64,000 nt of DNA from Ignavibacteria bacterium. GTDB taxonomy: Bacteria; Bacteroidota; Ignavibacteria; UBA10030; UBA6906. Under the pieces are notes generated by a model. It was given only the letters and a program-made list of their open reading frames with translations. It was not told the origin of the DNA and did no database searches. The stretch's first letter is position 1; the number at the start of each line of letters is the position of its first letter. Positions 47,370 to 58,503 of this stretch are shown here, one piece after another. A program made the position numbers and the translations under genes. The DNA is taken from assembly GCA_040290295.1 (NCBI GenBank), contig PSMW01000009.1, forward strand, positions 39,200-103,199. The letters run 5' to 3'.

Positions 47370-48257
47370 ATGCAATCAACGTCTGCTTCTCTCGGCTTGT
47401 CGCCTCGCTGGACTGTGCTCTCGCTTCTGCAGTGGGGGGCAGAGTATCTCACCGAACGTGGGTTCGACGAAGCCCGCCTTCACACCGAGTTGTTGCTTGC
47501 TCATGCTCTGCGCTGTTCGCGCCTCGAGCTGTACACGAACTTCGATCGTCCGATGACGGAGGAGGAGTTGGCACAATTCAAAGTACTGTTCAAGAGGCGG
47601 CTAACGCATGAGCCGTTACAATACATCCTCGGCGAAACGGAATTCATGGGAATTCGGCTCGCCGTCGATCGGCGCGTTCTCATTCCGCGTCCTGAAACTG
47701 AGCAACTTGTCGAGCACGTCCTGAGTGTGATCAAAGGAAACGGAACACCGGACCTGCGTTTGCTCGAGATTGGAACCGGCTCCGGCAACATCGCCATTGC
47801 ACTGGCAAAGTTCGCACCGTCGCTTTGCATTACTGCGGTCGATGTGAGCGAGGAGGCTCTCCGCCTTGCGAAGGATAACGCGGAAGCCACCGCTGTACGC
47901 AGTATCGAATTCGTTCACGCCGACATCTTCGACGATATTCTTCCCGGTCGGATGTTCGATGTGATCGTTTCGAATCCCCCCTACATTTCGTTGGAAGAGT
48001 TTCATTCTCTACAACCTGAGGTGAGAGATTTCGAGCCTCGTCTTGCAACCACCGATGAAGCAGATGGATTGCGCTTCATTCGTCGCATTGCCCTCTTTGC
48101 CGCTGAGCGGCTTGTCCCGGAAGGATGGCTCTTCATGGAAATATCTTACAACCAAGCTCCCTTGGTACAACACATCGTCGAGCACGCCGGCTTGCGGTAC
48201 GGAGGCGTGGTGAACGATTTTGCGGGCCATCCCCGCATCCTTTCTGCGCGGAAGTAA
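47370..48257 (+). CDS. prmC: peptide chain release factor N5-glutamine methyltransferase
   Basis: EPLQYILGETEFMG, the SAM motif LEIGTGSGNIAI and the catalytic NPPY. Confidence 0.85.
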   Translation: MQSTSASLGLSPRWTVLSLLQWGAEYLTERGFDEARLHTELLLAHALRCSRLELYTNFDRPMTEEELAQFKVLFKRRLTHEPLQYILGETEFMGIRLAVDRRVLIPRPETEQLVEHVLSVIKGNGTPDLRLLEIGTGSGNIAIALAKFAPSLCITAVDVSEEALRLAKDNAEATAVRSIEFVHADIFDDILPGRMFDVIVSNPPYISLEEFHSLQPEVRDFEPRLATTDEADGLRFIRRIALFAAERLVPEGWLFMEISYNQAPLVQHIVEHAGLRYGGVVNDFAGHPRILSARK

Positions 48258-48704
48258 ATGAGGGCGGTTGTTCAGCGCGTCAGCGAAGCGAGCGTGACCA
48301 TCGATGGGGAAGTGCGTGCGAGCATCGGACGCGGGTACGTCATTCTGGTCGGCATTCGGACTGGGGACACGCACGAGGCAGCCATCTTTCTCGCCGAGAA
48401 GTGCGCAGCGCTGCGTGTCTTTGAAGACGCTGAAGGGAAGATGAACCTCAGCCTTAACGACGTGAACGGCAGTGCGCTCGTCGTTTCGCAATTTACACTC
48501 TATGGAAACGCTCAAAAAGGCAACCGTCCCAGTTTCACTGATGCAGCACGACCCGAAGAAGCAGAACCGCTCTACCATGTGTTCGTCGAGCGATTGCGAG
48601 CGTTGCTCGGTCCCGAGCGCGTGCAAACGGGTGTGTTTCGAGCGATGATGCAGATACGCTTGATCAACGATGGTCCGGTAACGATCCTCATCGAGGGCAA
48701 ATAG
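48258..48704 (+). CDS. dtd: D-aminoacyl-tRNA deacylase
   Basis: [13 protein letters not shown]...SQFTLYGN...GNRPSF, 148 aa. Confidence 0.9.
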   Translation: MRAVVQRVSEASVTIDGEVRASIGRGYVILVGIRTGDTHEAAIFLAEKCAALRVFEDAEGKMNLSLNDVNGSALVVSQFTLYGNAQKGNRPSFTDAARPEEAEPLYHVFVERLRALLGPERVQTGVFRAMMQIRLINDGPVTILIEGK

Positions 48705-48716
48705 TTCTTGCATGAC

Positions 48717-49655
48717 ATGAAAGTGTTGATGCTTTTTCTCGATGGCGTCGGTATTGGGGAGGGCGATGCCGGGCGTAATCCCTTCCTGCGTGCCGACCTG
48801 CCGGCTCTGCGCTCGCTCCTGAGCGGCAACATCCCGACACGACAACTTCCCGCATTGAGCAACGGCAAGGCAACACTCGTTGCTTTGGATGCGACGTTGG
48901 GCGTTGATGGTCTTCCCCAAAGCGGTACAGGACAAACAGCACTCTTCACGGGCGCGAACGCCGCCCGCATGATCGGGAAACATTTTGGTCCGTATCCTTA
49001 CTCGACCCTTCGACCTCTCATTGCCGAGCGCAACATGTTCCGCCAACTGCAGCGTCTCGGGCACAGCGCGTATTTTGCCAATGCCTATCCTCGACAATTC
49101 TTCGACTACATTCGCGAGCGGCAATCTCGCTTGACCGTTACTACGCTTTCCTGTGGCTACGCGGCAATGCCGTTGCATACGTTTGAAGACCTTCAACATG
49201 GCCGTGCTATCTCAGCCGACATCACCAATGCCGGCTGGGCTCGGATGGGTTACGACATCGCGTCCATCTCTCCGGAGGAAGCTGGCAAACGGCTCGTTGG
49301 TTTGTCGAGAGAATACGATTTCGTACTGTTCGAATACTGGCGGACCGACAAAGCAGGCCATGCGCAATCGATGAGCGAAGCCGTTGCAACACTCGAACTG
49401 TTCGACCGCATGCTCTCCGGCGTGCTCGAAACACTGCCGGTCCATGATACGCTCCTGCTTATCACCAGCGATCATGGGAACATGGAGGATCTGTCCATCA
49501 AAGTGCACACGCGCAATCCTGTTCCAGCGATCCTCTATGGTCGCGACCATCGTAGGGCGGCGGAACGGCTCGCCCGAACCGGAGACCTCACCGCGGTTAC
49601 CCCGATGATTACAGGCTTCGTAAGCGAGACCTTGACTACAGCACAAGAAATCTGA
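48717..49655 (+). CDS. metalloenzyme-superfamily phosphomutase-like protein (iPGM/phosphopentomutase fold)
   Basis: MKVLMLFLDGVGIG N-terminus and the TSDHGNMED metal-binding motif. Confidence 0.6.
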   Translation: MKVLMLFLDGVGIGEGDAGRNPFLRADLPALRSLLSGNIPTRQLPALSNGKATLVALDATLGVDGLPQSGTGQTALFTGANAARMIGKHFGPYPYSTLRPLIAERNMFRQLQRLGHSAYFANAYPRQFFDYIRERQSRLTVTTLSCGYAAMPLHTFEDLQHGRAISADITNAGWARMGYDIASISPEEAGKRLVGLSREYDFVLFEYWRTDKAGHAQSMSEAVATLELFDRMLSGVLETLPVHDTLLLITSDHGNMEDLSIKVHTRNPVPAILYGRDHRRAAERLARTGDLTAVTPMITGFVSETLTTAQEI

Positions 49656-49669
49656 TCTCTTTCTGCGGA

Positions 49670-52132
49670 GTGATCCTCTTGCAGAGGATTTCGTACCACA
49701 CTGTTCCCGCACTCGTTGCGGCTATGCTGTTTGCCTGCGGCATTGTCGTAGGGCGCCTGCTTTCTCTCCAGTCCGACGCGTTGCTCCTTGTTTCCATTCT
49801 CGTGGTGCTGTTGGGCTGTCTCTCGTTTGGTGCGATAAAGAAGGGCAATGCCGCTGTGCTCGTTCGTGCAGGCGTTGTGGTGAGTTGTCCGATCCTGCTC
49901 GGCTCGCTCAAGATCGCGCTCGATGATGCATCGCTGCGGATTGTGCCCCGCGAAGCATTGAAAGATCCTCTCGTGGTTATCGGAACGGTGCTCGACCCGT
50001 CTCCCCCTCAAGGCAACAGCATCCGTTTCCTCTTTCGCGCCGATACGCTTCTTCAGGGTGAGGGATTGGTGGTGCCGCTGCACAGTACCTGGCTCGTCAC
50101 TGTTACGCGACAACGGCGCGATTCACTCGCGCCACCGTTGCAGTATGGCGAGAGGGTGATGTTGTGCGGAAAGGCGTACCGTCCGTCGCTCGAACGCAAT
50201 CCTGGTGAATTCAACGCGCGCGCCTACTACGAAGCGCAAGGGATCGAGTACCTCATGCGCGTTCGCGGCTTCACGAATGTTGCCCGACAGGGCGTCTCGC
50301 GCGATGTGGGAGTCATGGGATGGATGATGAAAGAGATCGTTGTGCCGTTACGCGCGTACTTTCTCTCGGTTGTTGATCGAACCATCGACGGGGAGGAGGG
50401 GGAGTTGCTCAAAGGAATCGTGATCGGCGAACGGGGCGGCATACCGTTCTCAACACGAACAGTGTTCGTCAATGCAGGCATTGCACACATTCTTGCGGTC
50501 TCGGGCTCGAACGTGGTCGTTGTCTGCGCGTTCTTTGCGATGCTGTTCGGATTGTTGCGCGTTCCACGCACGCCGGCGTTGATGCTGAACGGAGCGATGC
50601 TCGTGGTCTATATGCTCGTCACCGGCAGCCAACCGCCAATCGTTCGCGCAACGGTGATGGCGCTCGTCCTGCTCGGGAGCCGTTTAGCTGGAGGGAAGTC
50701 CAATGCGCTCAATGCCCTGGGCGTCGCGGCATTGCTGGTCCTTGGATGGGATGCACGACAATTGTTCGATGTTGGATTTCAACTTTCGTTCGCGGCGGTT
50801 GCCTCGATCTTGCTCTTCCTTCCTTCGCTCAACGCACGCATCGTCAGCTTAGCAGGACCTGCGTTATGGAGGCGCGGTACGGTTGCCGCGTTACAAGTGA
50901 GTGCAGTGACGTTCGTTGCGACACTCGGTACACTTCCGCTGACCGCCGTGTACTTCGGCAAAGTATCTCTCGTTGGGCTGATCTCCAACATCGTTGTGCT
51001 GCCTGTTGCCGGAGCCTCGGTGGTGTTGGGGTTCGTCACAGCGTTCTTTGCCTCATGGGCGATGACGATTGCAGCGACGTTTGCCGCAGTCAACGCGTGG
51101 CTGTTGTGGTTGGTGCTCGAAGCGGCCCGCATCAGCGGTAATCTCTCTTGGGCATACGTCGAGACGATGCAGTTCAAACCATCGTTCGCCGTGCCGGTCT
51201 ATCTCGGCATGCTTCTTCTGTACCATTTCTCGCTCAAGCAATTTTCCCGCGTTGTGTTGATTCTTCTGCTCGGCAGCTTGAATCTTGCTCTCGTTCTTCC
51301 CGAGCATCCGCTCGAGAAGCCATCGGCTGATCGCTTGCGCGTCAGTTTCATCGACGTAGGGCAAGGGGATGCGGCGCTCATTGAATTTCCCGGAGGAGAA
51401 ACGATGTTGATCGATGCGGGGATGGGCAGTAACGAGTATGATGCGGGAGAACAGATCGTCGTTCCCTTTTTGAAGCGACGCGGCATCGCTCGTCTCGATT
51501 GGTTTGTTGCCTCCCATCCTCACGCCGATCACATTGGCGGAACGCCGAGCGTGTTTCGAGCGTTCGAAGTGCGAGAGCTGATCGAAAGCGGACAAGAGTC
51601 ACCGGATCCAAGCGCGCTGCGCTACCGTGCAGCCGTCGAACGCGAACAGTGCCGCGTGCGAACCGTTCGCGCCTTCGATTCGGCGATGAACATTGCAGGC
51701 GCCGCGGTGTATGTGTTGTATCCTTCTGCGTATCGTATGAGCACCGACTCACTCGATCGTCTGTCGAATCTCAACAATACGTCCGTGGTGCTCAAACTTC
51801 TCTACGGCCGCGTAGCGTTTTTGTTCATGGGAGATGTTGAGCGTGAGGGAGAGGAGGAATTGTGCAGGCTCTTCGGCGAGTTCCTTGAGAGTGATGTGTT
51901 GAAGGCGGGCCATCACGGCAGCACCACGAGTTCCACCCCGGGGTTGTTGGATCTCGTCAAGCCGAAGGTTGCCGTGATTTCTGTCGGACGAAACAATTCT
52001 TTCCATCACCCTTCGGAAGAAATCATCGACCGTCTCCGCTCCCGCGGGGCGGAGGTGCTGCGAACAGACGAGGAAGGCGCTATCATCTTCGAAACGGATG
52101 GAGCAAGTCTCGAACGCCTCGTGTGGCGTTGA
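49670..52132 (+). CDS. comEC: DNA internalization competence protein ComEC/Rec2 with C-terminal metallo-beta-lactamase domain
   Basis: Competence TM domain ([13 protein letters not shown]) and MBL motifs ([21 protein letters not shown]). Confidence 0.85.
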   Translation: MILLQRISYHTVPALVAAMLFACGIVVGRLLSLQSDALLLVSILVVLLGCLSFGAIKKGNAAVLVRAGVVVSCPILLGSLKIALDDASLRIVPREALKDPLVVIGTVLDPSPPQGNSIRFLFRADTLLQGEGLVVPLHSTWLVTVTRQRRDSLAPPLQYGERVMLCGKAYRPSLERNPGEFNARAYYEAQGIEYLMRVRGFTNVARQGVSRDVGVMGWMMKEIVVPLRAYFLSVVDRTIDGEEGELLKGIVIGERGGIPFSTRTVFVNAGIAHILAVSGSNVVVVCAFFAMLFGLLRVPRTPALMLNGAMLVVYMLVTGSQPPIVRATVMALVLLGSRLAGGKSNALNALGVAALLVLGWDARQLFDVGFQLSFAAVASILLFLPSLNARIVSLAGPALWRRGTVAALQVSAVTFVATLGTLPLTAVYFGKVSLVGLISNIVVLPVAGASVVLGFVTAFFASWAMTIAATFAAVNAWLLWLVLEAARISGNLSWAYVETMQFKPSFAVPVYLGMLLLYHFSLKQFSRVVLILLLGSLNLALVLPEHPLEKPSADRLRVSFIDVGQGDAALIEFPGGETMLIDAGMGSNEYDAGEQIVVPFLKRRGIARLDWFVASHPHADHIGGTPSVFRAFEVRELIESGQESPDPSALRYRAAVEREQCRVRTVRAFDSAMNIAGAAVYVLYPSAYRMSTDSLDRLSNLNNTSVVLKLLYGRVAFLFMGDVEREGEEELCRLFGEFLESDVLKAGHHGSTTSSTPGLLDLVKPKVAVISVGRNNSFHHPSEEIIDRLRSRGAEVLRTDEEGAIIFETDGASLERLVWR

Positions 52133-52284
52133 GACAGATTCTCGTTCCCGCCGGCATTCGTGCAAGTGCAGTATCGAGAATTCAGAGGCGATCCCCACCT
52201 CGCTGCGGATGCGCGCATTCCTTGCATCTCGTGGAAGCGTTCGTTATCATCATACACGCAGAGGTCTTTCCAACGGGAACTATC

Positions 52285-53928
52285 ATGATGTCATCCCTCG
52301 ATCAGAAAAAGGAGGATTGGGAGGAGAAGCTTGTGCAGCCGGTCGTGCGCCGATTCGGCGAACGGCGAACGCATTTCGCAACGGATTCGGGCATCGGCAT
52401 CGAACGGCTCTACCTTCCGCGCGAAGTCTCTTACGAAGAACAACTTGGTTTCCCGGGCGAGTATCCGTTCACACGTGGCGTGTACCCGACGATGTATCGC
52501 GGAAAGTTTTGGACGATGCGGCAGTATGCCGGATTCGGTACGGCCGAAGAGTCGAACACCCGCTATCGTTATTTGCTCAGTCAGGGTACCACAGGGCTTT
52601 CCGTCGCATTCGACCTTCCCACACAGATAGGCTACGATTCGGATCATCCACTTGCCGAGAGCGAAGTGGGCAAAGTCGGCGTCGCGATCGATACGCTCGC
52701 CGATATGGAGATCGCCTTCGAAGGCATTCCCTTGCAACAGGTGACGGCATCGATGACGATCAATGCGACAGCAGCGATCCTCTTGTGCATGTACGTCGCC
52801 GTCGCGAAGAAACAGGGAGCGGATCTGAAGAAGATTTCAGGAACGATCCAGAACGACATCTTGAAAGAGTACATTTCTCGCGGCACGTACATCTTTCCGC
52901 TTGCACCGTCGCTGCGATTGGTGACGGACACGTTTCGGTGGTGTGCAGAAGAACTGCCGCGGTGGAACGCAATTTCTATCAGCGGATATCATATCCGCGA
53001 AGCGGGAGCGACCGCAGTACAGGAGCTTGCCTTCACAATCGCCAACGGCATCGCGTACGTACAGGCGGCGATCGACGCTGGCTTGGATGTCAATGCCTTC
53101 GGCGCGCAGTTGTCGTTCTTCTTCAATGCCCACAACAATTTCTTTGAAGAGATTGCAAAGTTCCGCGCAGCGCGCAGAATATGGGCACGCGTGATGAAAG
53201 AACGTTTTCACGCCCGCAATCCGGAAACCATGAAGCTGCGGTTCCATGCACAAACCGGTGGGGCAACGCTCACCGCACAACAGATCGACAACAATGTGGT
53301 GCGGGTGACCTTGCAAGCGTTAGCGGCTGTTCTCGGGGGCTGTCAGTCGTTGCATACGAACGGACGAGATGAGGCACTTGCCTTGCCGACCGAGGAATCG
53401 GCGCGGTTGGCGCTTCGCACCCAACAAATCATCGCACACGAATCCGGTGTCGGCGACACGGTTGATCCTTTGGGCGGCTCGTACTTCGTCGAAGCACTGA
53501 CCGATGAGATTGAATCGCGCGCGTGGACGCTCATCCGAAAGATCGACGAACTGGGCGGCACAGTTCGAGCCATCGAACAGAAATTCATTCAAGCACAGAT
53601 CAGCGAAAGCGCCTATCGGTATCAGTTGGAGATCGAAAACAACCACAAGATCGTCGTCGGTGTGAATGAGTTTGTCGTCGATGAACAGCCGAACGTGGAG
53701 ATCTTGCGGATCGATGAGTCGGTGGTGCGCCGACAGATCGAACGATTGCAGCGCGTCCGCTCCTCGCGCAATGCCGCGGAGGTGGAGGCTCGCCTCGCTC
53801 GTCTTCGTGTAGCGGCATCGACATCCGAGAATGTGCTTCCCCATATTTTGCAGTGCGTCGAAGCGTACGCCTCGGTCGGTGAGATCGCCGATGCGCTGCG
53901 CGCAGTGTGGGGAGAATACAATGAGTGA
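52285..53928 (+). CDS. methylmalonyl-CoA mutase family, catalytic (TIM-barrel) subunit without B12-binding domain
   Basis: [43 protein letters not shown]...[11 protein letters not shown]. It ends before a cobalamin-binding domain. Confidence 0.85.
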   Translation: MMSSLDQKKEDWEEKLVQPVVRRFGERRTHFATDSGIGIERLYLPREVSYEEQLGFPGEYPFTRGVYPTMYRGKFWTMRQYAGFGTAEESNTRYRYLLSQGTTGLSVAFDLPTQIGYDSDHPLAESEVGKVGVAIDTLADMEIAFEGIPLQQVTASMTINATAAILLCMYVAVAKKQGADLKKISGTIQNDILKEYISRGTYIFPLAPSLRLVTDTFRWCAEELPRWNAISISGYHIREAGATAVQELAFTIANGIAYVQAAIDAGLDVNAFGAQLSFFFNAHNNFFEEIAKFRAARRIWARVMKERFHARNPETMKLRFHAQTGGATLTAQQIDNNVVRVTLQALAAVLGGCQSLHTNGRDEALALPTEESARLALRTQQIIAHESGVGDTVDPLGGSYFVEALTDEIESRAWTLIRKIDELGGTVRAIEQKFIQAQISESAYRYQLEIENNHKIVVGVNEFVVDEQPNVEILRIDESVVRRQIERLQRVRSSRNAAEVEARLARLRVAASTSENVLPHILQCVEAYASVGEIADALRAVWGEYNE

Positions 53929-53962
53929 GGTGCCGTTTCCCGTGTCAACTCAAGGAGGGGGT

Positions 53963-54754
53963 ATGACGCTTTACAAAGCAAAGCTGAAAGAACTGAAACA
54001 GCTCTCGCAGAAAAAGTATCGCGACGAGCAGAAGAAATTTCTGGTCGAAGGGTTGCGCCTCGTCGGCGAAGCGGCTCGTTCGGATTTCCCCATCCTCGAA
54101 GCGTTCTACATCGAGGAAATCGAAACGGACGGTCAGGGGAAAAAGCTTATAGCAATGTTAAAAAGGAAAACGCCGAACGTGTACAAAGTCACTCACCGCG
54201 AGCTTGCTACGGTAACCGATACTGTCACGGCGCAAGGCATCGCTGCAGTCTTGCGACAAAGAGAATACACCGCCGATCGAATCCTGCACTGCTCCGATGG
54301 GCAGTGCACCCTCGTCGCGTTCGACGGGATCGCCGACCCGGGCAACGTCGGTTCGATGGTACGAACCTGCGATTGGTTCGGCGTCAACGGTATTCTCATC
54401 GGACGGAACTCAGTGGAGTTGTACAATCCCAAAGTGTTACGCGGGACAATGGGAGGCGTCTTCCATCTCCCAATTGCCGATGGCGTGGATCTGCTCTCGG
54501 CAATTTCACATGCGAAAGAATTGGGCTTCAAGGTGTACGTGACCGATCCGCACGGCGAAACGCATTTCGATCACGTAAGCTACGAAGCGAAATCGCTCAT
54601 CGTCTTCGGCAACGAGGCGTGGGGCGTTTCGGATCAGGTGAAACAGTTGGCAGATGTGCGACTGGTGATCCGACGCTACGGCGCGGGCGAGTCGCTCAAC
54701 GTCGCTGTCGCCTGTGGCATTGTCCTCTCGGCGTTGCATCGGTTGTATGACTGA
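53963..54754 (+). CDS. TrmH/SpoU family RNA 2'-O-methyltransferase
   Basis: AAGGAGG (53952-53958) before ATG 53963. SpoU motifs GNVGSMVRT, VFGNEAWG and SLNVAVACGIVL. Confidence 0.8.
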   Translation: MTLYKAKLKELKQLSQKKYRDEQKKFLVEGLRLVGEAARSDFPILEAFYIEEIETDGQGKKLIAMLKRKTPNVYKVTHRELATVTDTVTAQGIAAVLRQREYTADRILHCSDGQCTLVAFDGIADPGNVGSMVRTCDWFGVNGILIGRNSVELYNPKVLRGTMGGVFHLPIADGVDLLSAISHAKELGFKVYVTDPHGETHFDHVSYEAKSLIVFGNEAWGVSDQVKQLADVRLVIRRYGAGESLNVAVACGIVLSALHRLYD

Positions 54755-54822
54755 TCGATTGCTGGAGAAGCAGTGTCCCGTCTTCTTCTTCCGGAGCGAA
54801 TCGATTTCGTCCTGATCATCGT

Positions 54823-55549
54823 ATGCCGACCCGAACACGTCAGGGAAGGAATCAAGTCTCGCTTGCTCGAGCACTCTCGAAGCTCGGAGTAGCCTCGCGC
54901 TCGCAGGCGATGGACCTCATTCGCGACGGCCGTGTGAAAGTGAGCGGCGTCATGGTGCGCATACCCACAGTGTGGGTCGATCCCAAATCCGAAACCATCA
55001 CCATCAACGGCGCTGCAGTACGATCCGCGCAATGCCTGTATCTTGACTTTCACAAACCCTCCGGTGGCGTCACGACACGTTCGGACGAACGCGGGAGAAC
55101 AACGGTGTACGACTATCTGCCCAAGGACCTTCCGTGGATCTTTCCTGTCGGTCGGCTCGACAAGGATACATCGGGATTGTTGTTGCTGACGAACGATACG
55201 CGCTTCGGAGAACGAGTGACGAGCCCCCCTCGAGAAAGTTTTGAAGACGTACGAAGTCGAGTTGGAACGAGCTTTGGCGGACGATGATCGTCGGGCGCTC
55301 GAAACAGCAATGACGTTGGACGACGGAACCGTGTTGAAGCCTGTGGTCGTTCGCCGCTTGGCTGGGCACAATCCTCGTTACGAAATGACGATGATCGAAG
55401 GAAAGAACAGACAGATTCGAAGAATGTTCGAGCACCTTGGCTACACGGTTCGGGCACTGAAGCGTGTGCGCATGGGACCAATTCGCTTGGGTGATCTGAA
55501 GGAAGGGGAATTCCGCGCACTCACGGAGGAGGAACGAGCGCTGCTTTGA
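54823..55549 (+). pseudogene. RsuA/RluB-family pseudouridine synthase, frame broken at a C6 run
   Basis: S4 domain plus catalytic GRLDKDTSGLLLLTND in ORF 54823..55287; KNRQIRRMF in ORF 55241..55549. With C5 instead of C6 (55224-55229) it reads RVTSPLEKVLKTYEVEL. Confidence 0.75.
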
Positions 55550-55628
55550 GAAGCGGCACGTGACTCTGAGCGTGCGGTTGCTAATATAACGAGCATTGTG
55601 TACCTTTTTTTGGTTTTTGTCACCAACA

Positions 55629-56576
55629 TTGCGTGGAGAGCCACTCTTGAGCATCCTTGTTGTAGGTTCGGTCGCACTCGATTCGGTCGAGACGCCGTTC
55701 GGTTCTGTGAACAATGCATTGGGCGGATCGGCAACGTACATCTCAACGGCGGCAAGTTACTTCACGGCACCGATCAGACTGGTAGGTGTGGTCGGAGGTG
55801 ATTTCCCCAAGGCGAACATTCAATTTTTGGAAGAACGCGGGATCGACCTTGAAGGTTTAGAGATGATCGCTGAGGGCAAGACGTTCCATTGGGCGGGGAA
55901 GTATCATTACGACTTGAACAGTCGTGATACGTTGGCAACGGATCTCAATGTCTTCGAAACATTCAATCCCACAATCCCGGAACGCTACCGCAAGAGCAAA
56001 TATGTCTGTCTCGGCAACATCGATCCGGTGCTGCAACGCCGCGTGCTCGAGCAAATCGAAAAGCCGCGGCTGGTGATTTGCGATACGATGAATTTTTGGA
56101 TTGAAGGGAAGAACGCGGAGTTGCGGGAAACCCTGAAATACATCGATGTGATTGTGTTGAACGATTCGGAAGCACGGCTCTTGGCGAGTGAACCGAACCT
56201 CATCAAAGCGGCGCGTGTGATTCGTGGTTTCGGTCCGAAGATCGTCATCATCAAGAAGGGCGAGCATGGCGCAATGCTCATTACCGAACATACAATTTTC
56301 ATTGCGCCTGCCTATCCGATGGAAGATATTTTTGACCCGACAGGTGCCGGCGATTCGTTTGCCGGAGGGTTTGTCGGGTGGCTCGGCAGGACGGACGATT
56401 TCTCGGAGGAAAACCTGAAGAAAGCGGTCATCTACGGCAGTACGATGGCATCCTTCTGCGTTCAGAAGTTCAGCGTCGATGGGCTGCGCAACTTGACCTA
56501 TTTGCAAATACAAGATCGCTATCGCGCCTTTCGCGAGCTTTCTCGTTTCGATGGTGTGATGGCGACGAACGGTTGA
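55629..56576 (+). CDS. PfkB-family carbohydrate/nucleoside kinase
   Basis: ILVVGSVALD N-terminus and the DPTGAGDSFAGGF catalytic motif. Start is uncertain (several TTG codons from 55596 to 55650). Confidence 0.8.
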   Translation: MRGEPLLSILVVGSVALDSVETPFGSVNNALGGSATYISTAASYFTAPIRLVGVVGGDFPKANIQFLEERGIDLEGLEMIAEGKTFHWAGKYHYDLNSRDTLATDLNVFETFNPTIPERYRKSKYVCLGNIDPVLQRRVLEQIEKPRLVICDTMNFWIEGKNAELRETLKYIDVIVLNDSEARLLASEPNLIKAARVIRGFGPKIVIIKKGEHGAMLITEHTIFIAPAYPMEDIFDPTGAGDSFAGGFVGWLGRTDDFSEENLKKAVIYGSTMASFCVQKFSVDGLRNLTYLQIQDRYRAFRELSRFDGVMATNG

Positions 56577-56584
56577 TCACGACC

Positions 56585-57667
56585 ATGGTATCACTCGAAT
56601 GGCGAAACGGCGTCCTCCGGTTTCTGGACCAAACGAAACTTCCTCACGAAGAAGCATATATCGAGACGTCCGATTATCGGGTTGTCGGTGAGGCGATCCG
56701 GCGTCTTCAAATCCGTGGAGCTCCTGCTATCGGCGTTGCCGCTGCGTATGCTGTTGTGCTGTGTGCCAACAACTCGTCGGCAACGACTGTTCGCGAGCTG
56801 AGCGACGAGGTATATGCGGCGATCAACTTTCTCGCGCAGACACGACCGACCGCCGTGAATTTGTTTGCCGCCCTTGGGCGTATGCGCCGTGCATTCGAGC
56901 AAAGCGCCCGCATGGATGTGAAAAACATCTTGCGGCATCTGCTTTCGGAAGCCAAGGAGATCCATGCCGAGGACGTGGAAGCGTGCCGAAAGATCGGCGA
57001 GTTCGGAGCAGCACTCCTCCCCGACGGCGTCAGCGTTCTGACGCATTGCAACACAGGTGCTCTGGCAACGACCGGTGCCGGCACAGCGCAAAGCGTCATT
57101 ACCGCAGCGGCGAAGCAAGGAAAGGTTGCGCGTGTGTTTGCCGACGAGACTCGGCCCCTCCTTCAAGGGGCTCGCCTGACCGTTTGGGAATTGATGAGAG
57201 AAGGTGTCGATGTCACGCTCGTTACCGACAGCACCGCCGGCTTCCTGATGCAATCGCGCGAAGTGGACGTCGTGATTGTCGGAGCCGATCGGATCGCTGC
57301 CAACGGTGATACCGCAAATAAGGTTGGAACGTACACGCTCGCCGTGTTGGCAGAACGCCACGGCATCCCCTTCTACGTCGCCGCACCATCGACCACCTTC
57401 GATCCACACGCCCGCAACGGACGCAACATTCCGATCGAGGAGCGCGATCCGACCGACATTACACATGTGAACGGCATGCCCATCGCTCCTGAAGGGACGA
57501 AAGTGTTTGCCCCTGCCTTCGACGTGACACCGAGTGAGTTGATTCACGCAATCATCACAGAGCGTGGCGTGGTACGCCCGCCTTTTGTCCAATCGATTGC
57601 GGCGATGTTCAAGCGCGAGCCGTTGCAACAAGATACGCAGCGCAGCAAACGTCAACCGGCACCATGA
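56585..57667 (+). CDS. mtnA: S-methyl-5-thioribose-1-phosphate isomerase (eIF-2B alpha/beta/delta family)
   Basis: LRFLDQTKLPHEE...IRGAPAIGVAAAY...VGADRIAANGDTANKVGTY. The conserved start is ATG 56585. Confidence 0.8.
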   Translation: MVSLEWRNGVLRFLDQTKLPHEEAYIETSDYRVVGEAIRRLQIRGAPAIGVAAAYAVVLCANNSSATTVRELSDEVYAAINFLAQTRPTAVNLFAALGRMRRAFEQSARMDVKNILRHLLSEAKEIHAEDVEACRKIGEFGAALLPDGVSVLTHCNTGALATTGAGTAQSVITAAAKQGKVARVFADETRPLLQGARLTVWELMREGVDVTLVTDSTAGFLMQSREVDVVIVGADRIAANGDTANKVGTYTLAVLAERHGIPFYVAAPSTTFDPHARNGRNIPIEERDPTDITHVNGMPIAPEGTKVFAPAFDVTPSELIHAIITERGVVRPPFVQSIAAMFKREPLQQDTQRSKRQPAP

Positions 57668-58428
57668 TTGTCAAAACCGACGCCATCGTACTTGCAACAA
57701 TGAAGTACGGTGACACAAGCAAGATTGCCCGACTGTACACGAAGGAATTCGGAAAGATCTCGGTCATCGCAAAAGGAGTTCGCTCCCCGAAGAGTCGGCT
57801 GGGCGCCTGCCTAGAGCCTTCGTATCACGTTGCCGCGGTGATCTACAAGAAAGAAAACCGAGAGTTGCACCTGCTGTCGCAGTGCGACGTGCTGGAGACG
57901 TTTCGGCATGTTGCGGAAAACATGGACAAACTCAAGACGGCAATGGTCGCGCTCGAGCTGGTGAACGTGGTCTCTCACGATGAAGAGCGGAATGAAGAAT
58001 TGTTCATGACCTTGTTGTCGCACCTGCGTCTTGTTGATGCTGCAACAAAAAGCCCGTTGCCGGCGTTATATTATTTTGAAATGAAACTATCGAGCATCTT
58101 AGGCTTTCGTCCCGAACTCTCCGTGTGTACGCAATGCGGGGAAACTATTCCTGAAGAAGCCGCTGCAGCCCAACGGGAGTACGGATTCGGAAAGAGCGGC
58201 GTGCTGTGCGACGTGTGCGGAACCGGAGGGAAGATGACGATCTCGCCAGCCACACTTTCTGTGTTACGAATGCTGCGCACGGTCTCTTCCGCAGAGGCAG
58301 CGTTGAATCTTCAGCTTGCCCAACCCGTGGCAGACCAGGTAGGCAAGGTTCTCCGCCTCCATCTCCAATCGCATGTCGGGGGATGTCGCGGGCTGCGCTC
58401 CGAGGAGGTGTTTGCCGCAATGACGTAA
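57664..58428 (+). CDS. recO: DNA repair protein RecO
   Basis: N-terminal OB-fold pattern (DAIVLATMKYGDTSKIARLYT) and the Zn motif CTQCG...CDVCG. ATGA overlap with mtnA. Confidence 0.85.
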   Translation: MIVKTDAIVLATMKYGDTSKIARLYTKEFGKISVIAKGVRSPKSRLGACLEPSYHVAAVIYKKENRELHLLSQCDVLETFRHVAENMDKLKTAMVALELVNVVSHDEERNEELFMTLLSHLRLVDAATKSPLPALYYFEMKLSSILGFRPELSVCTQCGETIPEEAAAAQREYGFGKSGVLCDVCGTGGKMTISPATLSVLRMLRTVSSAEAALNLQLAQPVADQVGKVLRLHLQSHVGGCRGLRSEEVFAAMT

Positions 58429-58503
58429 CGAAGAGGGGAAACGAGCACGCAGTTTGACAAGCAAGTCAATGAATGTTTCATGAACAAGGTGGGAGTAACA
58501 ATC

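Noticed and set aside
48009-49199. 396-aa minus-strand ORF over prmC, dtd and the phosphomutase-like gene.
   Set aside because: It is an antisense shadow ORF spanning three conserved plus-strand genes.
56591-57655. 354-aa minus-strand ORF.
   Set aside because: It mirrors mtnA exactly and has no motifs.
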